Shown one piece after another: positions 32,341 through 46,760 of a stretch of 64,000 nucleotides of DNA (position 1 is its first letter; every line of letters starts with the position of its first letter). A model generated the notes under the pieces. The model ran no database searches, was not told where the DNA came from, and saw only the letters and a program-made list of their open reading frames with translations. The DNA is from the human T2T-CHM13v2.0 reference genome, Homo sapiens, in NCBI RefSeq assembly GCF_009914755.1, contig NC_060941.1. The stretch is one strand, 5' to 3'. A program made the translations under genes and the position numbers.

Positions 32341-33048
32341 ATGGGTGTTCATTTTTTTTCCTCAGTTGGTTCTATTCATATGTTTGTCAATGTTGATGCA
32401 GATATTGTGCTCTAAGTAAACAATTTTGTCAGGCTTTTGTCCTTTTGGTGATAATTTTCCCTAATAAAATGATTCACTTCAAGATTGTCTCCCAGGAAAT
32501 ACTGCCAGTAGCCATATATATATTACTGCCAGTAGCCATAAATTTATATTTACGAAACATTCATTCATTCAATAAGTAAATATTTGAGTGCCTAGTATTC
32601 AGGCTCTATTCTGTGTACTAGGCATATAGAATGGTCCTTGCAACCTTACGAAACAGTCCTTGGAAGCTTACATTCGCGTAGGGGAGACAAATGATAAAGT
32701 AGCAAATGCTGTGAAACAAAGTGAGACAGAATAAAGAGGTTCTCTTGTTGATTTTTACTATATTCATCATTGAGTTCTGTCTGACCTAAGAGACCTGTGG
32801 TGACCATTCTAAGGACTTTTTGTCTTACATCAGGAAGTAATCCGTTCCATCCCCCTACTTTTCCACTGATAGAAGCCTTTTCCCCCCTCAGGTTATGGAG
32901 TCTTCTGATGATTTTTATATGATCTCAATGCGTTTATGCTATTCCTTATCAAGTCTGCTCTTAGCCATCAGTTTATTAGCTTTTGCATGGTTACAGAGTC
33001 TTTCCACCAATTTGATTAATTATATTTTATGATGCTTTTTGGAATAGC

Positions 33049-33347
33049 TTTTTTTTTTTTTTTTTTGAGACAGGATCTCACTCTGTCACCCAGGCTAGAA
33101 AGCAGTGGCACTATCACGACATACTGCAGCCTTGACCTCCCTGGGCCCAGGTGATCCTCCCACCGCAGCCTCCGAACTAGCTGGGTCTACAGGCGCCCAC
33201 CACTACACCCAGCTAAATTTTGTATTTTTTGTAGTCATGGTTTTGCCATGTTATTCAGGCTGGTCTTGAGCTCCGGGGCCCAGGCAATCCACCTGCCTCA
33301 GCTTCCGTAAGGGCTGGGATTATAAGTGTGAGCCACTATGCCCAGCC
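33049..33347 (-). mobile_element. AluJ-like, TSD gaatagcttttt
   Basis: Alu consensus. Confidence 0.85.
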
Positions 33348-34775
33348 TTGAATAGCTTTTTGAAGATCATATTAAAATTTGCAGCCTAGTAGCTAAAAAC
33401 CATACTTTAACCTACAAGATACTGTGTGCCATCTAAAATTTAAACTCTGTTAGAAAGACACACACTGATGGTTTTGATACCAATAGGATTTTGACGATAG
33501 TTAAGTTTTATTGTTTGTGAAGGGAATCATTGTATACTATTTTTGCACCATTCTGTTGACTCCTGAATAATAGAGCTATTGGTAAGCTATATGGCTTGGA
33601 GCATTCCTTAGATTCCCTTCAATTCAGTAAGTTCTAGAAAACAGTAAATAAAAGAGACACTAGCTCTAAACAGGAGCATAGAAATGTCTGAGCTTAAGAT
33701 ATACACCTGCAGTTAAGAGAATGTCTTCAGATACCTAGACAGCTCCACAGTTTTAGAAGCAAACAGATGTACTTTGGACTGGCCAGACATAGGTCAAAGG
33801 GGCTAACCCAGATCAGTCATTATGATAATTTGTGGGATTTTTTTTCCAGTCCGCTCAGTGGTTATCTCAGATGATATTCCTTTATAAAATTTAAAAATTC
33901 CTTTTCAAATTTTCTTTTCTTGGAGTCAGGCGGATTTATTCCCCTATATAACTTCAATCTTGAGTTCCTTCTCTGTATTTCTGCTGTTGTAGCACATTGC
34001 CATTGGACAGGGGCATTTCCTTTTGTTATCTATAGCTGAACTGAGCCTGTATGCGGGCTCAGCTCTGAGACTTTTGGCTCTACCTGGCTCTACAGAGCTC
34101 ATGTAACCATGCCGAAATCCCTTTAGCCCATAAGTTACAATAAGTCACCATAAAACCCCTGTTTTCTGTCCAGTTACTGAACATTATTGTGCAATGACAC
34201 ATTATTGTGTAGTTTAACATGAACCAAGTTCCACTCAGCATTACTTCAGATGTGGTAAAGTGACCACTCTTTGGCAGTAGACAAATGTTAGTATTATTCT
34301 CAGTGCCATTTAATGACTACAGCAATTATGGGGGACTACACCACTAGCAGAAAATTTGGATTTAGGTATCAGTTACAGATTTTTAATACAGACTGTTCAA
34401 TTCTCAGTATTTGAAATATTCTTTTCCTGAAGTTGCCGTCTTTCCCCCTTCTTTCTGTATCTGATTTAGTTGACCTATAATTGACATCATTTTCTTCATG
34501 GAGAAAATGGCAGCCTCAGTAAGGCAATCCTGGGAACAATAGTGAGTGGACACCTCCAAGAGACACTTAAAACACAGTATCTAGACATTTAAGATCAGGA
34601 TCAAAGCCATACCCTGCACTCCTATTCCTTTTCCCTCCTGTCTCCTACCAGCTCACTGGATAACAGATATCACTCTGAGTTTTACAAGTTCTAGTTTGAT
34701 TGATTTTGTACCCTACCTGATAAGTATGGGCTTAGAGTATGTCCAGACAGATGAACCTGAATCCCAATAATCTCA

Positions 34776-34880
34776 GGCTGGGTGCAATGATTCATACCTG
34801 TAATCCCAGCACTTCATGAGGCTGAGGTGGGAGAATCGCTTGAGCCCAGGAAGTTAGAGCCCAGCCTGAACAATGAAGTA
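34776..34880 (+). mobile_element. Alu monomer (FLAM-like)
   Basis: ggctgggtgcaatgattcatacctgtaatcccagcact. Confidence 0.75.
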
Positions 34881-35808
34881 AATTTTTTTCTTTAAACAAA
34901 TAGTGTCCAACTGAACTGAAATAGCTACTGTCTAGTTCAGGCTGATATACAACAACTTTCTTGTGTAGTTGTTCACTTTCTAGCTTTCTTTTTTCTTGAT
35001 GAGTATCTCCTTCCTCCTGTTTATCACTTGTAGATAGGAGAGGCCACTCACTGGGTAATTCGCTTCCATTCCTGCTGACATCTCCCTATTAGTCACTCAC
35101 ACCCATCATCATGCTGTCACCTTGCCATGGTTTCAGAGAGTAGGATAATCTCCATTAGAATATTTTTCAGTTAAGAGGGAAGTTGCTGAATAGTCCGCAT
35201 AAGCTGTAGTCTTGCTAGTTAGAAAACATGTATAGTATTGAAATTGTCCTTTCCCTTTGCTCTCTGAACATAGTACAATTAGGTGAACCTTTGTATCCCT
35301 GGCTGTGTCTCTGATATCTTTTGGACCCTGTCTTTGTGTCAGATCAGAGTTCATGTTTCTAGCTGAGTTGTATCTGATATACTGAACATAAACAGAGGAA
35401 TGTCAAGATTGCTTTTCAGTTCTTCATGATTTTGAATAAAATTGACAAGCACTGGGGGACAGTACTTTCAGATCCTTTCCAGCTAAGATAATATTCATAT
35501 ATCATTCAACGATAAAAAGAATGAAATCTAAGAAAATAAGGGCTATGAATGTGCTTTCTTTCCTTTGGTCTAAACACTACCCATGAATCTCTTTTCTCAA
35601 TGCCTTTTATTGAATTTAGCAAAACTGCTGTTTCCTTTCCAATGTGTTTTTCTTTCTTGCTGTTCTGTGCCAAGCAGGTTCATAAAGAATTCTATCTCTT
35701 TGAATCTTGGATTATAAGCCTAGCCAGAAGAGGGGAGAATAAGTTGCGGTGAGAGGGGGTAAGCCCATCAGAAAGTCGAAAACCACCTCAGAGTATCAGG
35801 ACAAATGA

Positions 35809-36210
<402 letters not shown>

Positions 36211-36258
36211 TGAGCAGATGAAGTCTTGTCTGACTCTAAATAACTGATTCTCTAACGG

Positions 36259-36450
36259 CAGTGTTTTCAACCTTGGCTGTACATTAGAATCAACTGGGGA
36301 AGCTTTTCAAAATTCTGATGCCCAGGCTACACCCCAGAACAATTAAATTACCATCTCTGGGGGCGAGTACTTTTTAAAGCGCTACTCTCTGCAACCCCCA
36401 CACACAGATGGTTGATTCCATTGTGTATCCAAGGTTGAAACCATACTACT
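36259..36450. mobile_element. MER5-like MITE
   Basis: cagtgttttcaaccttggctgtacattagaatca...atgcccaggc. Confidence 0.7.
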
Positions 36451-37005
36451 GAAACATAATTGACATAGTTATTAGTATTCTTAGAAAGCTTAGTCTAAGA
36501 AACCTCCAGGTTTTTATGAAGGGGAAATTAAAAAATTAAAAGACAGCCTTTGCAAACTTATTTTGTATGAGTATTTTTTTAAAACACATATCAACCCTGT
36601 GTTCCAGTCTAACTGGCCTTTTCATTCTTCCATGCTTTCTTCACCTTTGTTCATGCTATTTGAGAAATGGCCTTCCCCCATTTTTGCTTTTTATAATTCC
36701 ACCCTACCACCTTTTTGAAGTTTCTCTTCATTCTTTCAGCCAGAGGGAGGTTCTTCCCTTCAGAACTTCGCTTTTTTGCTTTAGTATATTCTGTATGGTT
36801 TTGCATTTGTGTTTTATTTCTCCAGCTAGTTTGCAAAGCTTCATTCTTATCTATGTAGTCCCCTCATTGCCAGGCATCTTTATATCCCTTGTAATGCCTT
36901 GCATCCAGTAAATGTTATGTAAATGTTTGTTTGAATAAAAGGAATTTCAGACGTCATGCTGCAGATGTGTGCTATGATAGAACTAGGGAGAAAGCAGATG
37001 TGTAG

Positions 37006-37363
<358 letters not shown>

Positions 37364-38739
37364 AAGGATGATCTTTTTATTTATTTAAGTATGTGATTTT
37401 CATCCCCTGTGCAACCATTAAGTAGTCTTCAGGAATCAGATTCTGGAAATGTTAGCTCTGGTTTGGAATGCTTATAGTTTACAACAGAGCATGCTTGCTA
37501 ATGCCAGTTATGAAGCACCTACCAGGGTTATTTTCTTTCATGGTTTAAACAGAACTTTGTTGTAGTCGTCACTATTTTTCAATATTTAAGATTAATTTTT
37601 AGATTTTTGAGAATGCCATTTTATGTACTACTCTCTGTTCATTGAGAAGATAAATCCTCTTTCCCCAATCTTAAAGATGCAAAATAATTTTTACAGCTCA
37701 ACGACCTGCAACTTTCTACCACTAAATGACTATAAAGGAGAATGTGCTTAGAACAGACAAGGCATTTGATGATTCAAGGAAGTGTTTTAGATGCACAGTA
37801 AGAACTAGGGAAGAAACAACTGTGGAACTGTAGCAAAAAGTAGATTTTGCTTTTTAAACAGCTCCATTAGTTGTGTTTATGTGTGTTTTACATTGCCTAT
37901 ATGCCACCTATTTTCAGCTTGAGTTCTTTAATGTTTTTGTCAAGGAAGACCGACTTCAGAGTGAATTATATCTATCAGAATCCTGAGAAAAAAAGCAAGA
38001 CTAAGACCATGTGGAGTTATTTTCTTGTCAGCTAGGTAATTCAGTTAGTCTGATTCTCTAATGCGTAACATCCTTTTTAAATGATCTCCAAATAAATCCA
38101 CATTTCTCCTTAGTAGAATTGACTGTGAAAGAGATTTGAAGCACTGCATGCTTCCCCACTTCCTCCTTAGATAGTTCAGATATTTTCTTTTTTAGGAACA
38201 TTCCAAACTCTAAAAATCACTTTTGTTCCACCTATAATTTTTGCAGCTTGAAGTTGCAGCTCAATACTAGTTTGGCTCTTACTTTTTCAGTGGGGCAGCA
38301 GGTTTTGTAAATTAAAACACATTAATTGTTTTGTTTTTTGGCTTTTCCTTTTCCAACACCTCCCCACCCTTTCCGTCCGCCCCCCACTATAAGTTTCCTT
38401 TTAAAGAAAAAATAAAGCATATTCGAAATATTGCCGCTTGGGGATAGAGCGTCTTAGAATATGCAAACTCTTTAAATCTTGTTTGGGTTTGTGCCTGTGT
38501 ACCCCAGTGCAAAGATTGGATCTGAAACATCCCTGAGATGTCCCAGCTCCGTCTTCTTTACAAGTTTTCTCCAAACTGATACACCATCACTACCACCACT
38601 TAGTTCCCCTAGTACATATTTCTTTGTAATCTAGAATTTTTTTAGGCTTTGGGAGACAAGTTGAATGGCATGTATTTCCAGCAACTTGGTAGAGCAATTT
38701 ACAGATTCTATATGGGCATCTAGTATTTAGCTAAATGAA

Positions 38740-38778
38740 CTCTACCTCTCTCTCCTCTCTCTCCTTTCTCTCTTTCAG
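38740..38778 (+). promoter_or_regulatory. CU-rich polypyrimidine tract of the alternative exon (PTBP-type motif)
   Basis: ctctacctctctctcctctctctcctttctctctttcag directly upstream of the 42-nt exon. Confidence 0.6.
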
Positions 38779-38820
38779 CTTGGCAGTGACCTTGGCGGGG
38801 GCATTGGAGGAAGTCCGGCA
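38779..38820 (+). CDS. AP2B1: AP2B1 alternative 42-nt hinge exon: LGSDLGGGIGGSPA (long isoform insert)
   Basis: Long CU tract ending tctttcag|CTT; donor GCA|gtaagt; frame-preserving; matches the recalled 14-aa insert of the long beta2-adaptin isoform. Confidence 0.92.
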
Positions 38821-39675
38821 GTAAGTGCCATCTGTTTTTTTCACCATGAGAAGCACTGCCCCCTGTTTGATGCCTTTCCTATGTACACATTATCAGACCA
38901 GCCACTGCTGCTGTCTAGCACTGCACACCAAAACCTCTATAACAGTATATGGGTAGTAGAAAGTAGTATAGGGTTACTTGGAATTGTTGGGGTCATGCAC
39001 CACATGGTGTAGAGACATCTTTAAGGTTTAATGTTCCAGTGCCTATAGAGATCTTTGTCTTTCTGATATTAAAGAGCTAAAGGAAATGGACCCTTCCATC
39101 TTGACTGGAGAATGCTTATTCCCTGGTGTCACCTAGAAAGAACTTGAGAGGGTCAGCTGGACTCAGAGTGAGACTCTCCTCGTAAATGAGTTAGTTTCAG
39201 GGGTGTGAATGTCCATCTCCCTGAGGAGAGCTTCCTACTAGGTATTTATGCCTAAATGGGAAAGGAAATAAGACTTTGCTGAACCCAGGTGGAAATGGAA
39301 CTGCTGTTTAAGTTGGATACTTCTCCCTCTTTCTATAAAAACAAACTCCTTTCTTAGGGTACCCGTAGGCCTTTTGCACAGAATCATGGAAGCTAAAATT
39401 GGAAACAAATACAAAATCTTGGATCACTGTGTTCCTGTATCCTACTGAGTACTCTCTTGATAAAGCTTCTAAAGAATGTGTGTTCTTATCAATGACGAAA
39501 AAATAACTGTCATGATTAAAAAGATGAAGAATATACTAATTTGACTCCTAAGAATATTGTAATTATGGTGTTTTCTTATTGATTTATCAAAACTACTAAG
39601 ATATATAGCAATATTTTAAGGACTGTTAATCTGTTCTTCCCAATCTCCCCTCTCCCTTTTTTTTTTCTCCTGCAG

Positions 39676-39822
39676 GTGGGACAATCCTTCATCCCATCAT
39701 CGGTGCCTGCAACCTTTGCTCCTTCACCTACACCTGCTGTGGTCAGCAGTGGACTGAATGACCTGTTTGAACTCTCCACAGGGATAGGCATGGCACCTGG
39801 TGGATATGTGGCTCCTAAGGCT
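39676..39822 (+). CDS. AP2B1: AP2B1 coding exon (147 nt): VGQSFIPSSVPATFAPSPTPAVVSSGLNDLFELSTGIGMAPGGYVAPKA
   Basis: Acceptor ttttctcctgcag|GTG; donor GCT|gtaagt; 49 codons. Confidence 0.96.
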
Positions 39823-41129
39823 GTAAGTAAAGAGTTAACATAGCAATACTTTCTTAATGGACAGGACCCAAACTGTTTCACTTTCAACATTTGTGTTACT
39901 TCTACTGGTAATAAATCAAAGGTTTGGGCCCTTGTTCTGGAGGACTTAGAGGAAGATGAAAGGTGGCTTCAAACTTAGCAGTAGGAAGCACCATTAGCAT
40001 CCTTGTTAAACATTTTTATAATTAGACTTAAAATTTGACATATTAATTATTTGAGTTTTGTTCTCATGTTTAGAAATATTGTCTAGTTTGTCAACATTGA
40101 AGTCAATCTAGTGAAAATCTAGTGGTATGTAGTGCAGCAGCAGGAGAAAAAAATGCAGAGAAGTCATTTCTCTTATTCCTCTTTCCCCATTGGTATTACG
40201 TATGGATTCTAGAATGCCACTGCTCAGATGTGGTTTTCATGGATTTTAGTGTACCTTTTTAGAGTTCCAATTTAGGTTTGTGTCACTGGGGCTCTTCTTG
40301 TCTTGTCTTAACCTTACTTGATGTCACTCACATTGAAGTTCAAGAGGGGAAACTCCCGGTTAATGAAGCTCATTTAAGCCCTTGGGAAAAGCACCATCCA
40401 GGCTAGGCCAGGCTTCATACAGTCTTACCTTTCTGAGGACCAATTTGGCTGAATTCTCTGCTTTCTAATCTGACTCCTTATGGGGGATCCCTGCTATAGA
40501 GATGTAGACCAGTTGTCCATTCCAGGAGTTGTAACTGTGATAACTGAGTGTGTATAGTTATTACAGTACATAGCAAAACCGAAGATATTCAAAATTGAGC
40601 CATAGTGTTTTGGCACAACTCGGTAGCTTTGTTGTAAGGTTTACTATATGGGATATTATCTTCAGACTTTTAATTATTAGTTATCTAATGCACTCATTTA
40701 CTAACATAAAAGTATTGTATACAAATGACCAACGTAAATAATGTAAAAATGTAAGAAGGAAAATTGTCTCCCCCTGCCCCCATTTCCCATGTATAGCCAC
40801 TGTTAACTTTCTTGTGTGTCCTTTCAAAAGAAAAAGATCATGCCCATAGCTGTATATTTGTATCCTTTGAACATTCCGTGTCAGTGGGATATACTATTTT
40901 GCACCTTGGTTTTTCTCTACCATATTCTTTTGAATCCGTATATCTACTGAATTGATACACCATAATTTATTTAATCACTCCTCTGTTGATGAACATTTAG
41001 GTTATTCCCTGGTCCTCCCCACCACCTGCCACTCTTTTAGTATGGCTGAGTACATTATCATGATTATTCACCACCCACAGATCCTTTGGTATTCTGTCTT
41101 AGGTGGTCAGAACAGCTCATGACTCCTGA

Positions 41130-41408
41130 TTTTTTTATTTTATTTTTTTTTAGACGGAGTCTCACTCTGTCGCCCAGGCTGGAGTGCAGTGGCGTGATCT
41201 TGGCTCACTGCAAGCTCTGCCTCAGCCTCCCCAGTAGCTGGGACTACAGGCGCCCGCCACCACTCCTAGCTAATTTCTTTTTGTATTTTTAGTAGAGGCG
41301 GGGTTTCACTATGTTAGCCAGGATGGTCTCCATCTCCTGATCTCGTGATCTGCCCTCCTCAGCCTCCCAAAGTGCTGGGATTGCAGGCGTGAGCCACCAC
41401 GCCTGGCC
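41130..41408 (-). mobile_element. AluY-like with internal deletion
   Basis: caagctctgc|ctcagcc junction; gttagccaggatggtctc. Confidence 0.85.
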
Positions 41409-42097
41409 TTAAATTTTTTTATCTTTATTTTTTTAATAGTATAGGCCAGGTATACCACAGGTTCCAGGACCAAGGGGCGTGTTATGAATTATTTAGGTAG
41501 ATAAAAAGAATAGGCATTCAGATTATATGAGCAATATCTGAGTATTTACTATTTACCACAAACTATAGCAAGAGTTAAAAACGTATATAAGACATAGTCG
41601 ATGCCTTTAAGGGAATTACCAATAATGGCTTTGGTTGGAAATGATGAAAAAAAATCTTCAAAGATTACAGCCATGCTGTTTTCATTAGTAGATGCAGTTT
41701 CTTCCCTTTAAACCATTTTACCAAAACTAACAGAAAAACACATTATGCTCATTGGAATTTTTCTTTTCCTCTTGGTAGCAGTACTTAAAAGTAGTAAAAT
41801 AACCAAGCTGAACAGAAGGTAGAGCAGAAGCCAGGGTCGTTTAAAGACTGGTTTTTTAAAATTATTATTATTTGGTTCTTAAATAATTGAGAACGATCTC
41901 AAAATTCAGAAAATAAGACTCTATCCGGAGTCTTTTGCACTGGCTTGATATTTATAGTATAAAAATTACTATAATTGCCTAAGGAAGTGAATTTGTTCAC
42001 TTAATTGTTAATCTTAATTTGTTTTTTATTTGTTAAAAAATGCATAGCATCAAGATAAATCTTGTCTGATTCTATTGAGCTTTATACTGTGTTTCAG

Positions 42098-42243
42098 GTC
42101 TGGCTACCTGCAGTAAAGGCTAAAGGCTTGGAGATTTCCGGAACATTTACTCACCGCCAAGGGCACATCTATATGGAAATGAACTTCACCAATAAAGCTC
42201 TGCAGCACATGACAGATTTTGCAATCCAGTTTAACAAAAATAG
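42098..42243 (+). CDS. AP2B1: AP2B1 coding exon (146 nt), appendage: VWLPAVKAKGLEISGTFTHRQGHIYMEMNFTNKALQHMTDFAIQFNKN
   Basis: Acceptor gtgtttcag|GTC; donor AG|gtaagc. Confidence 0.97.
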
Positions 42244-42343
42244 GTAAGCAATCTGGGTCCCTAGCTTGATGTTGAGACAACAGTTTGCCTTAGAACCAAC
42301 AAGAGAACATTCCATTTAGCACTGGTTAAAAACTCACATATTG

Positions 42344-42643
<300 letters not shown>

Positions 42644-43542
42644 TCACACATTGGCAGATGCTGTATGTAGAGTGAGCCCTGGCTCTTGCAAGCCTTTTCA
42701 GTTATCAGCTTCAACTCTGGAGGCACTAGGGAGTTTGTTGGGAAACTCATCCAAATGCGATGAAGAAACCAGAACTTATTTACTATCTTGGATTCTAGGA
42801 TTAGAACGTTTTTGATAAATTTTTAACTGAAATCCATTTATTCATTCAACAAATCATTGTTTAACATTAGCATGAGCCAGACATTTCTAGGTACTGGGGC
42901 TAGAGTAGTGAACCAAACAAAGCTCCTGACTGAAAGTTCACATTTTGGTGGGGGAAATTAGCATATTTGGTTGGTATAAGAAATATGGAAGTATATATGC
43001 TGAACAAATAATCACATAAACCTTGACAACCTCCTTTTAGCAATGAATTCTCTGCCTTAATAAGGAAGAGAGCATGAAGAAGTAAAATGTTAATGTCTTA
43101 TTCTTTTTGAAACATCAGTGGGTTTTATTCAGTTTTATGGTTCAGGAAAATGGCTGTTAGACCTTAATGGCATGTCCATTCATTTGTAAATACAGGATAT
43201 TTAGCCCTGCATATAAAAAGTAGTAATTGGACCCTTAAAGCAGATTTCATAAAATTTGTCAATGACAATTTGCATAAGTGACTGTCTGATTTATTTCTCA
43301 TCATTTGGAAACACTTTTGTACTCTGGATTTGAGAGCTTGGCATGTTAAAAATCATTTAACTATCTAGAAAGTCTGTGTTTCTTTCTGTCAAGACTACCA
43401 ATGTTTCCAGCCATTTTTGAGGAGCTGGCCCTGTTAAAGGCCAGGGCTGTTGGGAAAATAAATAAATAGGCCAAGGCTATTGGTGGAATTCTGTTGTAAT
43501 AAAGGAAATCTGCAGATGCAGAGTCTGCATTCATCTCTAGCC

Positions 43543-43642
43543 TTTTTTTTTTTCCTTTTTTTTTTTTTGTGGGGGGATGGAGTCTTGCTCTGTTGCCCAG
43601 GCTGGAGTGCAGTAGCACAATCTCGGCGGCTCACTGCAACCT
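43543..43642 (-). mobile_element. 5'-truncated Alu
   Basis: Right-arm end only. Confidence 0.75.
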
Positions 43643-43920
43643 CTTTTGTTCTGTTCCATTGTTTTGTTTTTGTTTTTCTTCTTTGGGGTTTTCAATTATT
43701 CATTTATTGACTCTTTGTTTATCTTTTATATACTGTTTTTCTCTCTAATCGTTAAAAAAAATCATCAAATTCTTTTATATCAGCAAATAACCAATTAGTG
43801 TCAGATTTTCACAGTTGTCTAATGTTTTTGTACTGTTTACTTTGTCTGAACAGGGTCCCAATAAGGTCCCATACATTGCAATTGGATGATAAGTGCCTTA
43901 AGTCCCTTTAAATCTATAGG

Positions 43921-43996
43921 TTCCTCCTCCTCCTCTGTTTTGTTCCTTAAAATTTATCTCCTCCTCCTTCTCTGTTTTGTTCCTTAAAATTTATCT
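43921..43996 (+). repeat. Imperfect tandem duplication, ~37-bp unit
   Basis: ctctgttttgttccttaaaatttatct at 43933-43959 and 43970-43996. Confidence 0.85.
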
Positions 43997-44229
43997 GTAG
44001 AAGAAATTAAGTCTTTTAGTGTGGAGTTTCCCACAGTCTCAATCTTGCTGATTCTACCTGTAAATTGGAGGCAGATTATAGATTTAATCAGATTTAGGCT
44101 CATATTCTGGCAGAAAGCCTTCATAATTGGTGGTGATTGCAAATCCTGTTTCTCTTTTAGTTATTTATTTTTCTTTTTCTCATTTTATTCTCTATGTTTC
44201 TTACCATGTTTACTATGATGTCTGTTTCC

Positions 44230-46760
44230 TTGTTCTTTGTAAGTCAGTCTTTTTGTCACTATAATTGTACCTTTTCTATAATTTTTTATAAATGAAATTA
44301 CATAATATGGAATCTTGTATCTGGTTTCTTTCTATTAGCATAATGCTTTTGAAATGTGTATATCAGCAGTTGATTTCCCTTTTGTTGTTAAGTAATACTC
44401 CATTGATGAATATACAGTTTGTTGACGTGCTCACAAGTTGGGGGAGTTTGGTTGTTTTCAGTTTCATCTTTATGATAAAGTTGCCATGAACATTTGTGTA
44501 TACATCTTTGGTTGGACATATGTTTTTGATTTTCCTTGGTAAATAACTAGGAATGTTATTGCTAGGTTATATGGTAAGCTTGAGAATTCCAGATATTCCA
44601 CATCCTCACCAATTTTAGCCATTCTTGTCGCTGTGTAGTAGTGTCTCATTTTAATTTGCATTTCCCTAATGACTACTAATTTTAAGCATTTTTTAAAATA
44701 AGCATATTGGTCATATATATCTTTCACTTAAGTATCAGCTCAAATCTTTGCCTTTTGTTGTTTTTGGGGGGAGAGAGAGGATCGTCTTATTATGGAGTTG
44801 TTAAAGTTCTTTGTATATTCTGGATACAAATCCTTTATTGCAAATATTTTTTCCCAGTCCATGGCTTGCCTTTTCTTAATAATGTTTTCAAAAAAAACCA
44901 AAAGGGTGTTTTTGTTTGTTTTTTTGTTTGAAACAAAGGCTTGCTCTGTCACCCAGGCTGGAGTGCAGTGGCACAATCAAGGCCTACTATTGCCTCAAAT
45001 TCCTGGGCTTAAGTGATTCTCCCACCTCAGCCTCCTGAGTAGCTGGGACTACACCTGTGTACCACCACACCCAGCTAATTTTTTTATTTGTTGTAGAGAT
45101 GGGGTCCCACTCTGTTGCTCCAGTTGGTCTCAATGTCCTGGGCTCAAGTAGTCATCCTGCCTTGGCCTACCAAGGTATGGGAAATACAGGCATGAGCCAC
45201 TGCACCCAGTCGAAAGTTTTCAATAAAGTCAGGTTCATCAGTTTTTTTTCTTCTTATGACTTAGGCTTTTTGTGTTCTAAGAAATCTTTGCTTAACCCCA
45301 TGGTTACAAAGATTTTTTTGGCATGTTTTTAAATATAAGCCTTATAGTTTTTGTTCCTACATTTAGTTTTATAATTCATTTTGAGATCGTTTTTAAATAT
45401 GTTGTAAATTAAGAGTCAATGTAAAAACTTTTTCCGTAATAGGTCTTGAAATCAGATGGCCTAAGTCCTGCAACTTTTTTTCTTTTCAAAGCTTGTTTTG
45501 GCTATTCTTGGTCTTTTACATTTCCCTGTAAATTTTAGAATCAGCTTGTCAGTTTCTACAAAAAAAATGCTGAGATTTTTATTGGAATTGCAGTGAATAA
45601 GTAGATCAATTTGAGGGAGAATTGACATCTAAACAATATTGAGTCTTCTAATCCATTAGCATAGTATATCTCTCTGTTTAGGTCTTTAATTTCTTTTTGC
45701 AATGTTTTATAATTTTTTTATGCACAAATCTTACCTTTTGTCAGATTTAAGTATTTCAAATTTTTGATGTTATAGTAAATAGTTTTTTTTTTTTTTTTGA
45801 GACAGAGTTTTTCGCTTGTCACCCAGGCTGGAATGCAATGGTGTCATCTCTGCCCACTGTAACCTCCGTCTCCTGGGTTCAAGCAGTTCTCCATCCTCAG
45901 CCTCCTGAGTAGCTGGGATTAGAGGCACCCGCCACCATGCCCAGCTAATTTTTGTGTATTTAGTAGAGGCAGGGTTTCACCATGTTGGCCAGGCTAATCT
46001 TGAACTCCTGACCTCAGGTGATCTGCCTGCCCTTGGCCTCCCAAAGTGCTGGGATTACAGGTGTGAGTCACTGGGCCCAGCAGTAAATAGTATTTTTAAT
46101 TTTAATTTTTTATTATTGCTAGTATATAGAAATATAATTGATTTTTATATATTGAACTTGTTTCCTTCAACTTTGTTAAACTTACTTTTTCTTTCTAGTG
46201 GCCTTTTTGTAAATTCCTTCTAGTTTCCTACATAAATAAATCATGTCATTTATGAACAGAGACAGTTTTATCTTTTCCTATTCAATCTTATGCCTTTTAT
46301 TTTTTCTTCTTGTCTGATTGTACTAACAGGACCTCCAGTAAATGTTGGATAGGAGTGGTAAGAAAAGTGTTCTAATTCATGGGAGAAGCATTCAGTCTTT
46401 CATCATTAAGTGTGACGTTAGCCATAGGTTTTTCGTGGAGCTTGAGGAAGTTTCATTCTGTTCCTGGTTTTCTGAGTTTTATTATGAATGGGTATTAAAT
46501 TTTGCCAGATGCCTCTTCTGCATTTACTAAAATGATTATGTGAACTTTTTTAGTCCATTAATATGATGGATTACATCAGTTGACTTTTCAAATGTTAAAC
46601 CAACCTTACATTCCTGGGATAAATCCTACTTGTTTAGGATGTGTTGTCTTTTTTTGTGTATTGATGGAGTTCATTGGCAGAAACTTTTTTACATCTATGT
46701 TCATGATATATTTACTCTTCATTTCTGATATGATTTACTTTTTTTTATTATTTCTTTCCT
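44230..46760 (-). mobile_element. Old L1M ORF2 3' region, interrupted by Alus at ~44910-45210 and ~45783-46080
   Basis: Minus-strand ORF 44470-44727 KLVVIREMQIKMRHYYTATRMAKI resembles the L1 ORF2p C-terminus; tagatcaatttgagggagaattgacatct. Confidence 0.85.

Noticed and set aside
39576-39890. Minus-strand 104-aa ORF; likewise 25594-25893 and 7422-7628
   Set aside because: Antisense shadows of real AP2B1 exons.
44470-44727. ORF with IREMQIK motif
   Set aside because: Decayed L1 ORF2 C-terminal remnant.
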